Source: Promethearchaeota archaeon
GTDB taxonomy: Archaea; Asgardarchaeota; Lokiarchaeia; Sigyniarchaeales; SOKP01
Direction: 5' to 3'
Assembly: GCA_030603385.1 (NCBI GenBank)
Contig: JAUVXW010000013.1
Coordinates: 10,635-74,634, forward strand
DNA length: 64,000 bases
This document shows, in pieces, positions 9,757-17,421 of the stretch. Made by a program: the position numbers and the translations under genes. The first letter of the stretch is position 1, and each line of letters starts with the position of its first letter. The notes beneath the pieces were generated by a model. It ran no database searches, was not told the DNA's origin, and worked only from the letters and a program-made list of their open reading frames with translations.

Positions 9757-10344
9757 ATGGAAAAAAAAAATCAAAAATCAAGTTATGCTTTTAAAGGTTA
9801 TTTTTTACCAAATAATTCACTAATAATCTCTATAATAGGTATTTTTGCGGCATTAATTTGCGTGTTTACTTTGCTAATAAGGATACCTGTTCCTGCTACA
9901 ACGGGCTATATAAACATTGGAGATTTTGGAGTAATGTTCACAGGATTACTTTTTGGCCCTATTATTGGAGGAATTGCTGGAGGATTAGGTTCTGCTATTG
10001 CAGATATTATAGGATTCCCACAATTTGCTATACCAACATTAATTATTAAAGGTTTAGAAGGATTTTTTGTAGGATTAATTGCTAATCCAAAGAGAGAAAG
10101 TTCTAGAATTGGTTTTAGGTATATTATTGCTGTATTAATAGGTGGGTCAATAATGGTTATCGGATATTTTGTTGTTGAAATTTTCATGTATGGATTGAGT
10201 GCAGCTCTTATTGAAGTTCCTGGTAATCTATTTCAATTATTATTTGGAATAGTAACGTCATTGATTCTTATAACAACTGCTAGAAAACCCATTGTTAATA
10301 ATCTACCTCAAGTATTTGATAAAATCTTTATTAAATTAGAGTAA
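9757..10344 (+). CDS. ECF-transporter S-component-like integral membrane protein
   Basis: About 5-6 TM helices; Gly-rich INIGDFGVMFTGLLFGPIIGGIAGGLGSAIADIIG typical of ECF substrate-capture subunits. ATG at 9757 preferred over the track's TTG at 9745. Confidence 0.45.
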   Translation: MEKKNQKSSYAFKGYFLPNNSLIISIIGIFAALICVFTLLIRIPVPATTGYINIGDFGVMFTGLLFGPIIGGIAGGLGSAIADIIGFPQFAIPTLIIKGLEGFFVGLIANPKRESSRIGFRYIIAVLIGGSIMVIGYFVVEIFMYGLSAALIEVPGNLFQLLFGIVTSLILITTARKPIVNNLPQVFDKIFIKLE

Positions 10345-10464
10345 AATGAGAAAAAATTGTAATAAAGTACTATTACATTATTTTTAAAAATTTACGATCC
10401 TTCGTAAACTTTAAATTAGCATTAATACTATTTTTTACAGTTTAAAATTCAATAGAAGTGATAA

Positions 10465-11226
10465 AAAATTCTATTATGGATAATTTTATTTAGTATATTA
10501 GGTAGTGTTGGGGCTATAATAGTAGCAGGTGCTTTTGTTTTTTTAGGTGAAAAATATCAAGAAATACTCATCCCGATCCTTATTTCATTTGCTACAGGAA
10601 TTCTCCTAGCAGCAGCATTTTTAGGATTAATTCCAGAGGCTATTGAAGAATTGGGTGGAGAGGCACATTTGATTATGCCATATGTTTTAGGAGGGATTTT
10701 GTTTTTCTTTTTTATGGAGAAGTTAATCATTTGGAGAAATTGTAGAAATAAAGAATGTGAGGTTCATTCTCATGCTTCAGGTCCTATTATACTTATAGGC
10801 GATTCACTGCATAATCTAACAGACGGAATTGTGATTGCGACTGCTTTTTTAACAAGTACAAGCCTTGGTATAAGTGCAGGATTAACAATTTTGGTTCATG
10901 AACTTGCTCATGAAACTGGAGATTTCGGTATTTTACTTCATTCAGGATATTCAAAGAAAAAGGCATTTATGTATAATCTTGTTTCGAGTTCTACAACAAT
11001 ACCCGCTGCAATATTAGGTTATTTTATATTAGGTGCTATTTCTTCAGTAGTTCCTTTCATCTTAGCAATCTCCGCATCTAGTTTCATATATATTTCTTTA
11101 TCTGATTTAACACCTGATCTTCATCAGCATAGTGATTTAAAATATAGCATTCAGCAATTGTTTTTCATTATCGTTGGAATTCTCTTAATGTATTTATTAC
11201 TAACATTGGGGGGCCATAATCATTAA
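10465..11226 (+). CDS. ZIP-family (ZupT-like) divalent metal transporter; start codon unresolved
   Basis: HELAHETGDFGILL signature. The frame is open from 10465 and encodes typical ZIP N-terminal helices (ILGSVGAIIVAGAFVFLG...ATGILLAAAFLGLIPEA) upstream of the track's TTG at 10651. No in-frame ATG/GTG/TTG in that extension. Confidence 0.7.
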   Translation, partial: KILLWIILFSILGSVGAIIVAGAFVFLGEKYQEILIPILISFATGILLAAAFLGLIPEAIEELGGEAHLIMPYVLGGILFFFFMEKLIIWRNCRNKECEVHSHASGPIILIGDSLHNLTDGIVIATAFLTSTSLGISAGLTILVHELAHETGDFGILLHSGYSKKKAFMYNLVSSSTTIPAAILGYFILGAISSVVPFILAISASSFIYISLSDLTPDLHQHSDLKYSIQQLFFIIVGILLMYLLLTLGGHNH

Positions 11227-11237
11227 AATATTATATC

Positions 11238-11663
11238 TTGATTGAAATGTTAGAATTAGATTATAAGGTTCTGAAGAAGATATATCATTCTTCAAAATAT
11301 TTAAAGGTTGGAGATCTTGCCAAAATTCTTCGTTTTCCCCATTCTACAATTGGGAGTTGCATCAAGAGATTAGAAGAGAACGGATATGTTATATATGAGC
11401 GATATAAGCCAGTTTTTTTATCAAAGGAAGGAGAAGGTCTTGCTGCTGAACTAACACGTCATGCCCGACTTCTTGAATTGCTATTGCACAATGAATTGGG
11501 ATTGACCCCTAAAGATGCTCATAATGAAAGTGAGAAATTCTATTTACTTTTCTCTTGTAATACGATTAATAGAATCTGTGCTAAATATTCTCACCCAAAA
11601 ATGTGTCCTTGCGGAGAAGAAATTTTAAACTCTTCAGAATGTTTTTGTGAGAAAAAAAATTAA
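11238..11663 (+). CDS. DtxR/MntR-family metal-dependent transcriptional repressor
   Basis: N-terminal wHTH (VGDLAKILRFPHSTIGSCIKRLEENGYV), then RHARLLELLLHNELGL dimerisation/metal-site helix. Immediately downstream of the ZIP transporter gene. Confidence 0.7.
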   Translation: MIEMLELDYKVLKKIYHSSKYLKVGDLAKILRFPHSTIGSCIKRLEENGYVIYERYKPVFLSKEGEGLAAELTRHARLLELLLHNELGLTPKDAHNESEKFYLLFSCNTINRICAKYSHPKMCPCGEEILNSSECFCEKKN

Positions 11664-11667
11664 GGTC

Positions 11668-12144
11668 TTATTTTATAATATCATTCGAAGCATATGCAGT
11701 TAATATTTTTCCATAAAAATAGTGATGACTAGTCATATTTGATTCGCTAGAATGAATAATCCTACATTCATAACTTAAGATACAGTCTTTTATAGTAGGC
11801 ACTTTTATATTTTTTCCGGGGATCGTTATCAATCCAGCTTTATTTAATTTATCAGTATTTCTCCCTGAATAAAATCCTGCAATATCTATAGCATGGTAAG
11901 TTTTCTCTGAGGGGATATTAATAGTAAAATCATTCATACCCTCAATTAATAAAGTATATGTATATCGACTATAGGCTACTTGAGCTCTAATAACAGGGAT
12001 ACCCTTAAATTCAGTGATTTTTTTCCAATCTAATGCCATAACATTACAATTTCCTTTTTTATCCATTGTTACCATTAATGCCGTATTTCCATTAAATTGT
12101 TCAATATATTCATATGGTCCTATTTCTTTCCTATTATACGACAT
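11668..12144 (-). CDS. Flavin reductase-like (FMN-binding split-barrel) protein
   Basis: 158 aa. ALMVTMDKKGNCNVMALDW and FTINIP..., ECRIIHS...HHYFYGKIL pattern resembles the Flavin_Reduct family. Confidence 0.5.
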   Translation of the reverse strand: MSYNRKEIGPYEYIEQFNGNTALMVTMDKKGNCNVMALDWKKITEFKGIPVIRAQVAYSRYTYTLLIEGMNDFTINIPSEKTYHAIDIAGFYSGRNTDKLNKAGLITIPGKNIKVPTIKDCILSYECRIIHSSESNMTSHHYFYGKILTAYASNDIIK

Positions 12145-12197
12145 TTTTCTAAGCTTATTATTTAGTTTTAATGTGATTTATATAAACAAATTAATGA

Positions 12198-13043
12198 TCA
12201 AGGAAGCCCAGTTCCTGGTACCTCCACTTTCACATATTCAATTTTTCCACCCACTCTTTCAGAGGTAGATGTAGTTATAAAGAGTATATCACGATTAGGT
12301 CCACCAAGCATACAAGAGTATGCATCTGTTTCGATTTTTACTTTATGTGTAATTTTACCACCCTCAAGAACACGAACTACCCTATGTCGACCTGGAGAAG
12401 CAACCCAAATAGCACCTTCAGTATCTAAACAAATTCCATCTGGTGCGATGGATTTCAGGTTTGCCCACACTCGACGATTTAATAAAGAACCATCTTCAAT
12501 GATATTAAATGCAGTAAGACGAGCTGCGTAAGTTTCTGCAACAATAAGATTAGTCTCATCTGGTGTAATAATAGTTCCATTTGGAAAAGCCATATCGCCA
12601 GCTACAATTTTAGAATCCCCATTTGGTTCTACAAGCACAATTTCAGCAGGTTTAAAAGGTTTAGTATTAAAAAAATCGAAACCAAAATTCCCAACATATG
12701 CTCTCCCTTTATTATCAACTACCATATCATTACAATGAAAAGTTGCTAGGCCGTTTAAGTCAGCATGTTCCGTTACTCCTTTAGGATCAAGACGAAGTAA
12801 TCGACAATCCTCCATTGAAACTATTAATAATCTACCATCAGGCAACCATCCTAAACCAGAAGGTCTATTTGGTATTTCTAATACGGTTCCTATATTTCCA
12901 TCAAGATCTACCGTCATTACCTTATGAGTGTCCATATCAGAAAACCAGAGTCTATCATCATGCCAACGTGGGCTTTCTGGGAATAACAAACCATCAATAA
13001 GCACTTTTGTTTCTAGCATTACCATTGTTCTTATAATTATCAA
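12198..13043 (-). CDS. SMP-30/gluconolactonase/LRE-like six-bladed beta-propeller protein
   Basis: LLFPESPRWHDDRLWFSD, PSGLGWLPDGRLL, NDMVVDNKGRAYVGNFG, FPNG, PDGICLDTEGAIWVA. Visibly G+C-richer than its neighbours. Confidence 0.7.
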   Translation of the reverse strand: MIIIRTMVMLETKVLIDGLLFPESPRWHDDRLWFSDMDTHKVMTVDLDGNIGTVLEIPNRPSGLGWLPDGRLLIVSMEDCRLLRLDPKGVTEHADLNGLATFHCNDMVVDNKGRAYVGNFGFDFFNTKPFKPAEIVLVEPNGDSKIVAGDMAFPNGTIITPDETNLIVAETYAARLTAFNIIEDGSLLNRRVWANLKSIAPDGICLDTEGAIWVASPGRHRVVRVLEGGKITHKVKIETDAYSCMLGGPNRDILFITTSTSERVGGKIEYVKVEVPGTGLP

Positions 13044-13046
13044 TAA

Positions 13047-13337
13047 TTATGGTTCAAATTTTTTATCGTGAATCGCCTTATCTATCGCGAGAAGGCAAGC
13101 CTCTTCCCAATCACCGTTAGGATCAATACTTTCACAGCAATCAGGGCACCAATCCTCAGAATAACCATCATCAAAATCACCAGCTTCCATATCACCATTT
13201 AGGATGCTACCACAATAAAAACAAACACCTTCATCATACCTATCTAAAATTTCAGAAATTAATTTGATTTTTTTTTTTGCATTCATCTTTACAAGAGAAT
13301 TTTTATTTAAAATATTATAGAATAAGAAAAGAAACAA
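13047..13337 (-). CDS. Small acidic Cys-rich (putative zinc-binding) protein
   Basis: CFYCGS ... CPDCCES motifs within an acidic sequence. The real start may be the internal MNAKKK. Confidence 0.4.
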   Translation of the reverse strand: MFLFLFYNILNKNSLVKMNAKKKIKLISEILDRYDEGVCFYCGSILNGDMEAGDFDDGYSEDWCPDCCESIDPNGDWEEACLLAIDKAIHDKKFEP

Positions 13338-13505
13338 TATAAGTATTTAATGTAATTTCTAATAAAATTGATAGTATAAGAACCGGAAATAATAAAAAGT
13401 TTTTATCCTTTTGAAAAAGAGTTTTTAGAAAGGATTAATTATTGAAACCAAGTTATATTTATTTTTTGATTTAGATATTATGGTTCAACTCTATAGATTA
13501 GCTAA

Positions 13506-13726
13506 ATAAATTTAAATATATGTATCCTATTTTGTTTTTAAGAATTAAATTGCATTTAATAAATAATTGAGGACATTTTTCAAATTTTTTATAAAGATAT
13601 TTCTATTGTTATTCTAATAAATTTAAATATATGTATCCTATTTTGTTTTTAAGAAATAAATTGCATTTAATATATAATTGAGATCTTTTTCAAATTTTCT
13701 ATAAAGATATTTCTAATGTTATTCTA
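13506..13726. repeat. Tandem direct duplication (2 x ~110 bp) of the intergenic region just upstream of the small GTPase gene
   Basis: 13506-13616 and 13617-13726 align almost base for base (ataaatttaaatatatgtatcctattttgtttttaaga...ataaagatatttcta.tgttattcta) with a handful of substitutions and one 1-nt indel. Each copy carries TATA-like tttaaatata. Confidence 0.85.
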
Positions 13727-13739
13727 GGCGATATAATAA

Positions 13740-14309
13740 TTGGATGACATAATTAACCTGAAGCTAATTGTTCTTGGAGAAGGAGAAGTAGGAAAATCAT
13801 CAATAATAAACGCATTTATGGGAGAAGAAATTTCTGAGAGATATATGCCTACAATCGGGAGTGTTACGTTTAGAAAAGAATATACATTAAAAGAAATATC
13901 AAAAATTATTAGACTGACTATCTGGGATCTTGGTGGTCAAAAATCCTTCAATCCTTATAATCCCGCCTATTACGCCAATGCCGATTTAGCTCTATTAGTT
14001 TTTGATGTAACCAAACCAGAAATCACATTGAAGAACCTTAAAAAAGAATTTGAGGAAAAAATGAGTATTTCATCAGAAGAATGTATATCTATCTTTGTAG
14101 GAAATAAAATGGACCTGCTTGATGTAGATAAAGGGTTTAAAAACACACTCCAAGACTTTTTTAATAATAGGGATCATTTTATTTTACTATCTGCTAAAAC
14201 TGGTTTAAATATTAAAGAGAGTTTTGAACTATTAATTTTTACATATCTACAGAGAGCAGAATTATTAGCTCCTGAACTTGTTCAAGAAAACTCTGCAAAA
14301 ATTTTTTAA
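13740..14309 (+). CDS. Ras/Rab-like small GTPase
   Basis: All five G motifs: GEGEVGKS (G1), YMPTIG (G2 Thr), WDLGGQ (G3), GNKMD (G4), LSAK (G5). 189 aa, TTG start, no C-terminal Cys lipidation motif. Confidence 0.8.
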   Translation: MDDIINLKLIVLGEGEVGKSSIINAFMGEEISERYMPTIGSVTFRKEYTLKEISKIIRLTIWDLGGQKSFNPYNPAYYANADLALLVFDVTKPEITLKNLKKEFEEKMSISSEECISIFVGNKMDLLDVDKGFKNTLQDFFNNRDHFILLSAKTGLNIKESFELLIFTYLQRAELLAPELVQENSAKIF

Positions 14310-14776
14310 AATCAATAGGGAGAGATGAGAAGTCTTTAAAGAGTAAAATAGTAAATTTAAAATCCATTGATTCAGCTTTAGAAAAGCTCAAGTCAATACC
14401 TAAAGCCGAAGTAGAACTTTCCACTGAAAATGACACAAGTGAATTAAAGTATCATGAATTTATTCAACAGGAATTACATAAAGTTGGATATCAGAAAGAT
14501 AATATACTTGATCAGTTTTTAATAAATTTATCTGAATTAGAAAAAGCTTTGACTCACGTAAGGAAATCTCATATCAAATCGACTGGTGACGTGATTGATA
14601 ACTTACGAGATCTATTAACTACTTCAAAAAAGGATTTTGAACAAAATCTTGAATTAATCCAAAAATTGAATAGAGAGGAGAATGAATTAATGATAATCAG
14701 CTCCAAACTCAAAAACGAAAATCTAGAAGTAAATAATGAAGATCCAGATCATCAAAATAAAATTTATAATGTTTAA
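14309..14776 (+). CDS. Coiled-coil protein; start codon unresolved (first canonical in-frame start is TTG at 14549)
   Basis: Frame open from 14276 to 14776 (167 codons in an AT-rich genome). Helical, charged sequence throughout (KSLKSKIVNLKSIDSALEKLKSIPKAEVELS...). Overlaps the end of the GTPase gene in the -1 frame. Confidence 0.5.
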   Translation, partial: KSIGRDEKSLKSKIVNLKSIDSALEKLKSIPKAEVELSTENDTSELKYHEFIQQELHKVGYQKDNILDQFLINLSELEKALTHVRKSHIKSTGDVIDNLRDLLTTSKKDFEQNLELIQKLNREENELMIISSKLKNENLEVNNEDPDHQNKIYNV

Positions 14777-14786
14777 TAAGATATAG

Positions 14787-15707
14787 GTGATTAAAATTTC
14801 AAATACCGAAGAAACACCAACAAAAGATTTACAGAATTTAAAAGAGCAAATAAAGAAAATTGATCAGAAATTGAATCAACAGATAAAAACGTTTGACCAG
14901 AAAACACTTGATCATGTGAACAAATCTGATAAGAAATTTACTGATCAATTGAAGAAAATAGGACAGAAAATTGATGATGATGTAAAGAAACTTGATCAAA
15001 CTATAACTAACCAAATTAGTAAACTAGAGCAAGGTTCAAGGGAGAAAATAGGCAAACTTGATAAGAGTTTAGATGAACAAATTAATAGTATCAATAAAAA
15101 AATTGAAGATATTACTAATCTTTTCGATCAAGAGTTAGAAGATAAATTCAATACTCTCAATAATAAAATAGAAGGAAATAACAAAGCATTAATTGAAGAA
15201 TTGGAGAGTGCATCCAGCAAACTTGATAAGAATCTTAATGATCAAATCTCTAATGTAGAAGATAAAATTAAAATCATAATTGATAGTATAAAAGCGGTAA
15301 ATGACGATTTTTCCCTAAAATTTCAGAGATTGAAAGAGGAATTTGATACAAAGGAAGAAGTTCTTAGTGATATGTTAAAGAAATTTGAAGAAGAAACTAT
15401 TGAATTTAAAAACAGCCTCAAACCAGAGTTAGAAGATCTTAAAAGTCAACAAGATTTGGTCAAAATAACAGTAGATATACTTAAAAAGCAAATTTTTGAA
15501 AGTGCTAGAGAATGGATTAATGATGAGATTAAATTAGCATGTAAAAATAAAGAAAGAGAAATCTTAATGAATTTATGGATTGATGAGCTAAAAGAAGTTA
15601 TTGGGGATTTAGATAAATTAAAAAAAACAAATCCTAAAGAATTAAAAATTCATATAAATGAAATTTCAACTACTATTGAATCATTTCGCCAAAAGTTTGT
15701 CAAATAA
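14787..15707 (+). CDS. Coiled-coil protein built from ~16 consecutive 11-residue (hendecad) repeats
   Basis: GTG start. Residues ~14-189 parse without gaps into 11-mers (IDQKLNQQIKT / FDQKTLDHVNK / SDKKFTDQLKK / IGQKIDDDVKK / LDQTITNQISK / LEQGSREKIGK / LDKSLDEQINS ...). Confidence 0.6.
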   Translation: MIKISNTEETPTKDLQNLKEQIKKIDQKLNQQIKTFDQKTLDHVNKSDKKFTDQLKKIGQKIDDDVKKLDQTITNQISKLEQGSREKIGKLDKSLDEQINSINKKIEDITNLFDQELEDKFNTLNNKIEGNNKALIEELESASSKLDKNLNDQISNVEDKIKIIIDSIKAVNDDFSLKFQRLKEEFDTKEEVLSDMLKKFEEETIEFKNSLKPELEDLKSQQDLVKITVDILKKQIFESAREWINDEIKLACKNKEREILMNLWIDELKEVIGDLDKLKKTNPKELKIHINEISTTIESFRQKFVK

Positions 15708-15883
15708 AATATTAATTCTAATTTTTCTTACTAAATTTTCTTAGTCTGGCAAAAATAATTCTTACTACTTTTTTTTTATCCGGCAAATTGTCTATAAGTT
15801 ACTCATAAATCATATACCTAATTTTATTACCTTTAGAATTTAATATATAGAATAATAAATTTAGAAAAAACTTAGTACAAGGA

Positions 15884-16855
15884 ATGATATCACAAATGAC
15901 TCCAGATATAATTTCACTTGGAGAATTATTAGTTGAAATTATGCGAACAGATTTAAATACTCCACATGGAGTAACTGGTGCTAATTATCGGGGACCATTT
16001 CCTAGTGGAGCACCAGCAATTTTTATTGACTCTGCCTCTCGTATGGGAAAGCCATTTGATTTCACTACAGGGTTTATTGGTGTTATAGGAAATGATGAAT
16101 TTGGGGCTAGTATAATTAAGAAGTTGGAAAAAGATGGTGTTGATGTATCGCAAATTAGAAGTTCGGATACTGAGACTACTGGAATTGCTTTCAATCAATA
16201 CAATTCGGATGGTTCTCGTAAATTCATATTCGCGGCAGGTGCAGCAGGCGCAACAACTCCCGATGATGTAAAGGAAGATTATTTTAAAGATATTAAAAAT
16301 CTGCATATTACTGGAAGTGCCCTTTCAATTAGTAAAAATTCACGTGAAGCATGTTATAAGGCGATAAAAATAGCTAAAGAAAAAAACCCTAGTGTCTTAA
16401 TTTCATTTGATCCAAATTTAAGACCTGAATTACTCGATTTAGAAGTTATACTTAAAATCTGCAAGCCTGTTTTAGAAATGACAGAAATATTGTTTCCAAG
16501 TGGGGAAGAAGCTGAAATGTTGGCAGGTATTAATGATCCAATTGAAGCCTGTCAAAAATTGCTAGAAAAAGGTCCAAAGATCATAGTATTGAAACGAGGG
16601 AAAAGAGGATGTACAATCTTTACCAAAGATAATCTTAAGGGCGCTAATATAGAGGGATTCAAAGTTAATGAAGTGGATCCAACAGGAGCAGGGGATTCTT
16701 TTGGTGGTGCTTTTATTGTAGGCTATTTAGCTGGATGGAACTTGAAAAAGACAGCTAAATTTGCAAATATTATTGGAGCAAAAAAGGTAGAGCATTTTGG
16801 ACCTATGTCGGATACAACTTATGAAGAAGTTATTGAATTAATGAAGAAAGATTGA
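15884..16855 (+). CDS. PfkB-family carbohydrate kinase (ribokinase/KDG-kinase-like)
   Basis: N-terminal GELLVE... sugar-binding region and C-terminal DPTGAGDSFGGAF signature; 323 aa. Confidence 0.8.
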   Translation: MISQMTPDIISLGELLVEIMRTDLNTPHGVTGANYRGPFPSGAPAIFIDSASRMGKPFDFTTGFIGVIGNDEFGASIIKKLEKDGVDVSQIRSSDTETTGIAFNQYNSDGSRKFIFAAGAAGATTPDDVKEDYFKDIKNLHITGSALSISKNSREACYKAIKIAKEKNPSVLISFDPNLRPELLDLEVILKICKPVLEMTEILFPSGEEAEMLAGINDPIEACQKLLEKGPKIIVLKRGKRGCTIFTKDNLKGANIEGFKVNEVDPTGAGDSFGGAFIVGYLAGWNLKKTAKFANIIGAKKVEHFGPMSDTTYEEVIELMKKD

Positions 16856-17421
16856 TTTTAATTCAATTAGAAGTGTGGTAAAACTGACCTGAAAGAAAAC
16901 AAGTAAATTTTATTAATGATTAGAAGCATAAAATCTTAAATTACAACCTCATATTAACTATATCCAACAGAAATAATATGCTTTATGTTTTGATAAGAAA
17001 AACAACAGATTTAGTAATTCTTTTAAAGGTAAGTAAACTTAGGAGTGGTAATTGAGTCTGTTATAACGCGAATCTTAGATAAAGTTTTATTGTTATCATA
17101 CAATCCGACCAATAGACTTCAAAGACCCCACTTTAGAAAGATTCCAAATAAAAATTAAAATAAGTGCTTATTTAAACTTTTTTATTGATTCTGTGATTTT
17201 CCAGAGAAGTAAAAGAGAAAAGATTAAAATTTAAATATCTGAATTAAGTATATTTCATAAGATACTTATTAGTATTAGATGTGGGAATAAATGATCGATT
17301 ATTTAAATCGACAAATATTTAAGCAAATTTGCAATCACAATAATTAAATTTTATAATTTCTAATTCTAATTTTATATTATTATAAAGATATTATAAATCC
17401 AATATTCAGAAACGTGAAATA

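Noticed and set aside
9858-10187. Alternative-frame and antisense ORFs inside the ECF S-component-like gene
   Set aside because: The main frame gives a coherent multi-TM protein. These are frame shadows.
13506-13726. Possible CRISPR-like or satellite array
   Set aside because: There are only two directly abutting copies, with no spacers and no palindromic repeat core. It is a simple tandem duplication. I saw no CRISPR array anywhere in the window.
15953-16306. Two antisense ORFs inside the PfkB kinase gene
   Set aside because: The sense frame carries the full PfkB signature. The antisense products are Cys/Ser/Ile-rich nonsense.
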